DNA from: Octopus vulgaris
Taxonomy: Eukaryota
NCBI GenBank assembly: GCA_951406725.2
Contig: OX597829.1
Span: 58,218,001-58,282,000 of the forward strand
Direction: 5' to 3'
DNA: 64,000 nucleotides
Position numbers and translations under genes: made by a program. The notes under the pieces were generated by a model. That model was given only the letters and a program-made list of their open reading frames with translations, did not search any database and was not told the origin of the DNA. Below are positions 55,915 to 64,000 of the stretch, piece after piece; position 1 is the stretch's first letter, and each line of letters opens with the position of its first letter.

Positions 55915-56680
55915 ATATATGCAAAATTAGAAAAGAACCCACCTTTTATCAATTCAAAATGAACAATTAAATTACACCATCTAGAAAATTAATATAATAG
56001 AAATATTAATGTCAATGATTAAGTAATAAAAACGTATATAATTTGTAGAATAACGACGTGTTTCGTGGCTATATTTAAGAAATTATTATAGTAGAGAAAT
56101 CACCTCAATATAAATATAGTCACTCATCAGGTTAAAAATAAACTAGAACAATAAAATAATTAATTAATAAATATACTTTAATGTATTTTCATATATATAT
56201 ATATATATATATGAAAATACTAAAGTGAAAACTAAAACAATACTTAAATTATTAAATACTTTAAAATTAAATAAAATACACAAAGCTAGTACAAGTCATT
56301 AAATTGTAATCAAAATAAGAATTGGTTCAAATATAGACAAACTCCTTAAATAAGCTAACCATATAATCAATATACATGCGCAGTATCTATAGATTTAATA
56401 TAAGAATCTATAACAAAGTTGACTAAATATCAAATAATATAATACCTAATTAACTTAAAATTTAATATTATAAATAAATAAGCCACCTAATAATTAAATA
56501 ATATATTGTCTGACGAAATTGATGGTGTAATTTAATTGTTCATTTTAAATTGATAAAAGGTAGGGGTTTTTTCTAATTTTTTATATATATATTATATTGT
56601 GTGAAATTTGATTTAGTATTTCTAAATTGAATTTTTTTCCTTGTAAGTTTCGATTTTATTCCCTCAAATAATAATAATTA
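55915..56680 (-). mobile_element. Penelope-like non-autonomous element with inverted partial terminal repeat
   Basis: 55921-55980 is inverted at 56521-56580. Contains the hammerhead at 56051-56134. Terminus is similar to the reverse complement of 26461-26490. Confidence 0.7.
56051..56134 (-). ncRNA. Minimal type I hammerhead ribozyme
   Basis: Minus strand: UAAC-CUGAUGA-GUGACUAUAUUUA..loop..UAAAUAUAGCCAC-GAAAC-AC-GUC^GUUA. Stem I 4/4, stem II 12/13, complete catalytic core, GUC cleavage triplet. Confidence 0.8.
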
Positions 56681-56799
56681 TATATATATATACATGCATA
56701 TACTAATATATATACTTATTTATATACATATGTACTAATATATGTACTTATATATATATACATATATATACACACACACATATATACTAATATATATAT

Positions 56800-56875
56800 A
56801 GCATGACTGGAACAAGTAAAACAATAAAAATCTATGCCATTTTAATCCCGAGCAATACCAGGTATCTCTGCTAGT
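56800..56875 (+). mobile_element. Helitron-type 3' end
   Basis: cccgagcaataccagg (imperfect hairpin) followed by ...CTAG|T. Confidence 0.45.
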
Positions 56876-56891
56876 GTGTGTATATATACAT

Positions 56892-59800
56892 ATCATCATC
56901 ATCATCATCGTTTAATGTCCGCTTTCCATGCTAGCATGGGTTGGACGGTTCAACTGGGGTCTGGCAAGCCCGAAGGCTGCACCAGGCCAGTCAGATCTGG
57001 CAGTGTTTCTACAGCTGGATGCCCTTCCTAACGCCAACCACTCCGAGAGTGTAGTTGGTGATTTTATGTGCCACCGACATAGGTGCCAGACGAGGCTGGC
57101 AGACGGCCACGCTCGGATGGTGTTTTTTATGTGCCACCGACACAGGTGCCAGACGACCACGCTCGGATGGTGTTTTCTTATGTGCCACCGACACAGATGC
57201 CAGACGAGGCTGGCGAACGGCCACGCTCGGATGGTTTTTGTTACATGCCCTCAGCACGGAGGCCAGTCGATGTGGTACTGGCTATGGTCACGTTCGGATG
57301 GTTTTCTTATGTGCCACCGGCACTGGTACCACAAGGATACAAATTCCATTGATGTTCATCTATTTTGATTTGGTTTGATTTGATTTGATTTGATTTGATT
57401 TTGATTTTCACTTGCCTCAACAGGTCTTCACAAGTGTCACAAGAAGGAAGGTATGCACAGGTGGACTGACTACGTCCCAGGTAGGGGCCACGGGTTATGG
57501 CTTCACTAGTCTTGCCGGGTCTTCTCACGCACAGCATACTTCCATAGGTCTCGGTCTCTAGTCATTTCCATGGTGAGACCTAACGTTCAAGGTCGTGCTT
57601 CACCACCTCTTCCCAGGTTTTCCTGGGTCTACCTCTTCCACGGGTTCCCTCAACTGCTAGGGATTGACACTTTCTCACACACCTATCTTCATCCATTCTC
57701 GCCACATGACCATACCAGCGCAATCGTCTCTCTTGCACACCACAACTGATGCTTCTTAGGTACATTTCTCTCAAGGTACTAACGCTCTGTCGATTATGTA
57801 CACTGATATTACACATCCATCGGAGCATACTGGCTTCATTCCTCGCGAGCTTACGCATGTCCTCAGCAGTCACGGCCCATGTCTCACTGCCATGTAGCAT
57901 GGCTGTTCGTACATATGCATCATACAGTCTGCCTTTTACTCTGAGCGAGAGGCCTTTAGTCACCAGCAGAGGTAAGAGCTCCCTAAACTTTGCCCAGGCT
58001 ATTCTTACTCTAGCAGTTACACTTTCAACACACCCACCCCCACTATGACTTGGTCACCAAGATAACGGAAGCTATCAACTACTTCCAGTTTTTCCCCCTG
58101 GAAAGTGACGGAAGTTGTTTTCTGCAGATTTTCGGAGGTCAATGCTCCCAAGCATCTGCCACATACAAAAACTATCTTCCCAGTTAGCCTACCTTTGACA
58201 TTGCTGCACCTCTTATGTGTCCATAGCTTACACATCTTATAGAGTTTCTACCTACACCTTTTCTACAGATCGAGCAGGGCCATCTTCCTGAGGATATTTG
58301 TGGATTGACTACCTTCCTACTTATTAGTACTTTGGTTTTAGCTAGGTTGACTCTAAGGCCCCTCGATTCTAAACCCTCCTTCCACACCTGGAACTTCTCC
58401 TCCAGTTCTGATAGTGACTCAGCAATTAGAGCAAGGTCGTCAGCATAGAGGAGCTCCCAGGGGCAACCTGTCTTGAATTCCTCCACAATTGCCTGGAGGA
58501 CTATGATAAATAGGAGGGGGCTGAGTACTGAACCCTGGTGGACCCCAACCTCTACTTTGAATTCTTCTGTGTACATGTTGCCAACCCTAACCTTACTTAC
58601 GGCATCTCTGTACATGGCTTGCACAGCCCTCACCAGCCATTCATCTATCCCTAGTTTCCTCCTTGACCACCAGATGAGGGATCGGGGGACCCTATCAAAG
58701 GCTTTCTCCATGTCAATGAAAGCCAGGTACAGGGGCTTATCTTTAGCTAGGTATTTCTCCTGCAGCTGCCTTACCAGGAATATAGCATCAGTGGTGCTTT
58801 TCCCTGGCACGAACCCAAACTGCATCTCATCTAACCTAACTCTCTCTCTAATTAGTTGGGCTATGACCCTCTCCGTAACCTTCATTACCTGATCCAACAG
58901 GTTGATACCTCTGTAATTATTTGTATCTAGGGCATCACCTTTACCTTTGTAGCAGTTGACTAGTCTGCTGCTACACCAGTCATTGGGTATGGCTCCTTCG
59001 TGTATCACCTGGTTAACTATACGGGTGACTAGGCTATAGCCAACACTGCCAGATATTTTGAGCATCTCTGCAGTAATTTCTGATGGGCCTGGGGCTTTCC
59101 CTGTCTTCATGCTTCTAATTGCCTTAGCTACCACGGAACTATCAACTCGGATAGCTGGTCCCTCTGTTGGGTCAACATTCGGCAGACTCTCTTTATCCCA
59201 TTCATTTTCTTTATTCAGCAACCTTTCATAGTGGCATCTCCAAACCTCTCTCTTTGCATCCTCATTTAGCGCAAGTGAACCATCATCCATGCAAACACAC
59301 TTCTCTCCTACCACATCACGATTCTCTCTCACACACTGTCTTGCAACATGAAATACCTCAAGTCTTTGTTCCTCACGGCTCAGAACATTGGCAAATTTTT
59401 TCTTATCCGCTTCCCCTCTGGCTAAATAAACCTGTCTCCTAGCTTCCCTTCTGGCTGTCTGATACAATTCCCTGCTACCACCGTTCTTCCAGTCCTTCCA
59501 AGCCTGTCTCTTTTGTCTAATAGCCCTGTCAACCACAGTGTTCCACCACCATGTTACTCTGGGTCGAGATGGTACTTTGCTCCATCCACAGATCTGGTCA
59601 GTGGCTGTCAGCAGATTGTCCCGTAGGAATCTCCAGTTGTCTTCCACATTAAGTGAAGCTATATCCCCTTCTATTTCGTCAAAGGCTTCGAGTAGTATGT
59701 CTCTAAATCTCTGTCCATTTGCAGGATCTTCAAGCTTCCAGACCCTTCTCTTCCAAGCTGGTCTTCTGGGCAACCATTTAGCTCTGATCCTGAAGTCGCT

Positions 59801-60295
59801 AACTACTAATCTATGTTGAGGAGTACATTCTTCGCCTGGAAAGGTTTTGGCATTTATAATCAGCCCTCTTTCCCTTTTTCTGGCAAGGATGTAGTCAATC
59901 TGGCTGGTGTGTCTGCCAGAACGGTAGGTGACTAGGTGAGAGGTGGGTTTCCTGAAGTTGGTATTGCAGACCATAAGGTCATTTGCATCGCAGAACTCCA
60001 GCAGCCTGGTTCCCTCCTCATTACGAGAGCCAAAACCGTAGCCTCCATGGACGCCATGGAAGCCCCCGACATGTCGTCCAACATGTCCATTGAAATCACC
60101 TGCCACGAAGAGAAGGTCACTGTCATTTGTCAATGAGGTAGTCCGCAATAGGGTGTCATAAAATTGGTCTTTTTGTCCTTCCGGTAGCCCTGGTTGAGGG
60201 GCATATGCCGAGATGATGGTAGCTGTCCTATGGTGAAGCACTGATCTAATTTTAATTACTCTGTCACTTACTCTGACTACCTCGATTACCTTACC
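56892..60295 (-). mobile_element. RTE-clade LINE, near-complete ORF (APE + RT), frameshifted
   Basis: ISAYAPQ, AGDFNGHVG, QIDYIL, QHRLVV, NYRGI, QFGF, KAFDRVP, GVHQGSVLSP, YADD. 3'UTR repeats and a (GAT)n tail. Confidence 0.95.
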
Positions 60296-60377
<82 letters not shown>

Positions 60378-60384
60378 CACACAT

Positions 60385-60852
60385 ATTATTTACATTTTGA
60401 CGGACCTTTGTCCCCATCTTGTTTGTTGTTAACGTTTCGGCTGATATACCCTCCAGCCTTCTTCAGGTGTCTTGGGGAAATTTCGAACCTGGGCTCTCAT
60501 TCCTAAGGTATTTTTCAATGTTGTTGTTGTTATTATTATTAGTGTTCGGGTCACTGCTTGGAATCGGTCTCGGAATCTTGGGGTTAGCAGCCCGCGCTCT
60601 TAACCATTACACCATATGCATATGGCATAGTGGTTAAGAGCACGGGCTGCTAACTTCAAGATTCCGAGACCGATTCCAAGCAGTGACCCGAACACTAATA
60701 ATAATAATAACAACAACAACAACATTGAAAAATACCTTAGGAATGAGAACTCGGGTTCGAAATTTCCCCAAGACGGCTGGAGGGAATATCAGCCGAAACG
60801 TTGTGTTAACAATAAACAAGATGAGGACAAATATCCGTCAATTGTAAATAAT
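60385..60852. mobile_element. Zero-spacer palindrome: each arm is a tRNA-like head, an (AAY)n linker and a hammerhead-bearing tail
   Basis: Centre CATATG|CATATG at 60618/60619, arms ~234 bp. Head tggcatagtggttaagagc..gggCTGCTAAc. Hammerhead core on the minus strand at 60431-60471. Confidence 0.8.
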
Positions 60853-61524
60853 TCCCCATCTCTTAAATATAGAACGACTGTACGAAAGGAGATGGTGACG
60901 AATGAAGGTCTCCTTTTAAACACCGCACGGTCACCTTACAATAAAAAGCCAAAAGGAATACGACACAACCGTTAGAATGTTTAAGAAAAAGGTGTTGACA
61001 TGTGGGTAGCCGAGTGTCTGTACGTTATAAGTACATACATAATAAGAACAATAGTTATGGACAGGTCGTCATTCATACAATAATGTGTATATGTGTTAGC
61101 GAAGTATGTCTGTGTGTTCGTGAGTGCGACATAAGTACAAACAAGGTGTACGCGTGTGAGATAAAATGCAGAGCATAGAAATGAGTCTATCAGTACGCTA
61201 GAGATAGATCAGACACAAGATGAAGATAAATACCAGTCCGTAGTAAGAAACGCAATGGTAATAGTTCTGTAACAAAGAGGTTGGTGGTCACAAGGCTGAT
61301 GCCGGTTGAACACATGTCGTGTAGCGGTTGTGGCCTCAATGCTGTGCCTTGTTACGTGAAGAAAACCTGGGCGATGTTGCTGCGTACGTATTGATGTTGA
61401 CGGTGGACAAAGGTCCTGAAATGCTGGTGGTGGTTTTGGTATCGTGGTCGTTCTGAACCCGAAACCATGTGGTTGGTAAGCAAGCTACTTACCACACACA
61501 ATACATACATATATATATATATAT

Positions 61525-63316
61525 AATGTTCCGCTATCTAAACTTATAAAAATGGTTAAAATAAAAGAATTGTCAAATGATATGCGACAGAAGATCATAA
61601 AGATGGTAAGCGGTATCGAAAAATTGCTCAAGATTTTAATTTGCTTGTGTGTACAGTTGGTGTTGTTCGAAAGTCGAAAAAATATGATATTACTGAAGAT
61701 ATTCAAAGGTGTGGTCCTCTGCGTAAATTAAACGAGGCTACTGAATGATAATATGGCCCGGAATGTGAAGGAACAACCATTTTTGACTCGAAGAGAAATT
61801 CAGAACGATCTGAAAAATGCCGGAATTGAAGTAAGTAAAGATACAATTAAGAAATTACTGGGGAAGACTTCCTCCCTCCATTTTCTCCCAAATTTGTTTA
61901 TTTTTAAAATTTTCTTTTGCCAAATATCCCCGTTTTCGGATACAGAGGTTCCGGGAAATTGCCAAAAATCAGCATTGTGAAATCCCCCAACCAACTTCTT
62001 CAATTTTTACTTTTTTCCCCAACATTAACCCTAAAACCCTAATTTTAACCCTTAAACCGTAACCGTAAGTACAGAAATGCTTTGAAATTTTTGTCCGAAT
62101 CATAATGTCCGTATTTTTCCGCGTGGTTAGGAAAAAAAGAATTCTTAAAAAAAAAAATTTTACAAAATTTTTGTAAATTTTTTTCAGAATCATAATCTCC
62201 GCATTTTCCTGCCTATTTTGAAAAAAAAAAAAAAAAGATTCTGAAAAAAGTTTAAAATTAAGGAAATGGGGGCAGGAGTGATAATTTAGAAATGTCGATT
62301 TTTGCCAATTTTTTTGCAGATTCGTATTCCCCGTAGTCGAAAAGGTGGGAGGGGTCGAAAAAATGTTTTTAAGGGTGGTTTTGGGGGTGGGGACGGGCGG
62401 AAGTCTTGCCAATCACAGAATCATACAGGCCTGTATTCTGGATCACCAAGAAAGACTCCACTATTAAAACGTAAACTTGTGCAAAGACCTTTTGAAATTT
62501 GTTAAAAAGTATGAACATGAATCAGATGAATTCTGGAAGAAAGTTATTTGGTCAGATGAAACGAAAATTGAGCTTTTCGGGAGAAACGGGTGCATCCAAG
62601 TATGAAGAAGAAAAGGAACTGAATACAAACCCAGTAAACACTATTCCAACAGTCAAATATGAGGGTGGATGGAAGTGTAATGATTTGGAGTTGCTTGTCT
62701 TATAATGGAGTTGGAGAAATGGAAGTCATCGAAGGAAGAATGAATGCAGCAAAATACATGCAAATCTTATCAACCCATCTATTAAAAAGTGCAACAGCTT
62801 TGGGGCTTGACCGAGATTTTGTATTCCAGCGGGTCAACGATCCAAAGCACAGGGCTAAAACAACATTGGCGCAATGAAAATGGAATTGATGTTCTGGAAT
62901 GGCCTAGCCAGATCTCAATCCAATAGAAAATTTATGGAAAAAGTTGAAATTGAGAGTACACGCAAGAGATCCCAAAAATATCAAGGAACTGAAGAAAATC
63001 TGTGAAAAAGAATGGGTGAAATTGTCAAAATCTTCATGCAAGAAGCTCATTGAAAACTACAAAAAACAACTAGAGGCTGTAAGGCAGAACAGAGGATATG
63101 CTACAAAATATTAACAATCTCGTTAAATACTTTTGCACGCAGTCAAATTCGAAAAATGGCAATAAAAGTACTTAAAAGCAATGTTTCTCAATTTTCCTCT
63201 GTTTTGTTAGACAATGTTCATTAAAATATTTGAAAAATCATTCAAATTGAACGATATTTTTATTGTGAAATTTATGAAAAAAAAAACGATGTGTTAAATA
63301 CTTTTGCTACACACGG
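61525..63316 (+). mobile_element. Decayed Tc1 (DD34E) transposon, interrupted by an insertion at ~61859-62412
   Basis: MVKIKELSNDMRQKII start (61552), IWSDETKIELFG, PTVKY, FVFQRVNDPKH, LNPIENLW, GYATKY* (63114). Right end has a repeated gttaaatacttttgc (IR/DR-like). Confidence 0.88.
61859..62412. mobile_element. Non-autonomous DNA element with short inverted ends and aaccct repeats
   Basis: ggaagacttcc ... ggaagtcttgcc. A related inverted fragment lies at 35228-35341. Confidence 0.65.
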
Positions 63317-63365
63317 TATATATATCATATATGTATATAATGTATATATTATGTGTATATAATAT

Positions 63366-63976
63366 ATCTATCTATATATATATATATATAATTTAATATA
63401 AAATCCGTTCTGTCTGTCTGTGTGTACCTTCTAGGATCTCGGGCGTCCTCCATCTGATTGCGCTCAAATTTGATATGTAGATACCGACGGTATCAGGGCG
63501 TGTATACGTCTTGAAAAAATTACAAACATCGATTCCAGGTGAGAATGCGATCGATAAAGCCGGGGGAACGTGCATTTGTACGAGCAAATACATCAGCTGT
63601 TGCGATCGATACTACGCGTACGCGAGAAAAATGCACGTGCAGATGACGCAGAAAAAGCCTGCCGACTTGAAATAATGTCACAAAATGCATTATTATTGTG
63701 GGCAATAAAGAAATAACGCAATGCAGTATATTTAAGAGACCAAGAGAGTAAGATGCAAAAGAGATATTTTGTTCAAACTTGGCATGAAGGAAGGAAAGAC
63801 TATTTGGTTTCCCAAGAAGTTGTTTTTTTTTGCCTTAAGTTTGTTTAACAAAACCCAAAATTTTATTGAAATAAAGGCATGCTTAATTATTTTTAATGAA
63901 AAGAAAATACTGATTGCTTTTTATTCAGCAGATGTGATTCAGCACCGTCCATTGAACGGGGGGCGTTTTGCTCGTA
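63366..63976 (+). mobile_element. Non-autonomous Helitron-like element
   Basis: 5' TCTAT(AT)n...(tctg)n...aaatttg; 3' hairpin ccgt-ccattga-acgg followed by ctcg|t. Confidence 0.55.
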
Positions 63977-64000
63977 GATATAATATATACATATATATAT

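Noticed and set aside
60619-60690. Functional tRNA-Ser gene (and other SINE heads as tRNAs)
   Set aside because: Degenerate B box/T arm, no convincing acceptor stem or long variable arm. These are retroposon heads.

Overview
Animal genomic DNA, very likely an octopus (inferred from the SINE families and the huge (TA/TATG)n fields). The window holds the 3' end of an MRCK/Genghis-khan (CDC42-binding kinase) gene on the + strand. It has five phase-compatible exons (108-213, 36309-36423 encoding the CRIB motif, 38568-38718, 39828-39997, 45078-45239 with the stop) and a ~36-kb intron packed with repeats. The rest is repeats: CR1-group and RTE LINEs, L1/Tx1-like fragments, three tRNA-derived SINE families, piggyBac, Tc1/mariner/maT, MITEs, Helitron ends and Penelope-like fold-back elements. 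Best leads: (1) a hidden, frame-symmetric 102-nt exon (32371-32472) encoding a second, divergent CRIB motif that would give MRCK tandem CRIBs; (2) several Penelope-type fold-back elements carrying minimal hammerhead ribozymes, one with an intact core (56051-56134) and one built as a zero-spacer palindrome of tRNA-like head plus hammerhead tail (60385-60852); (3) near-identical inverted piggyBac copies bracketing both CRIB exons; (4) a covarying 3' stem-loop shared by two LINE families and a SINE; (5) a structured ~60-nt VNTR in RTE 3' UTRs. Everything was read by eye: repeat boundaries are approximate and family names are not database-verified.
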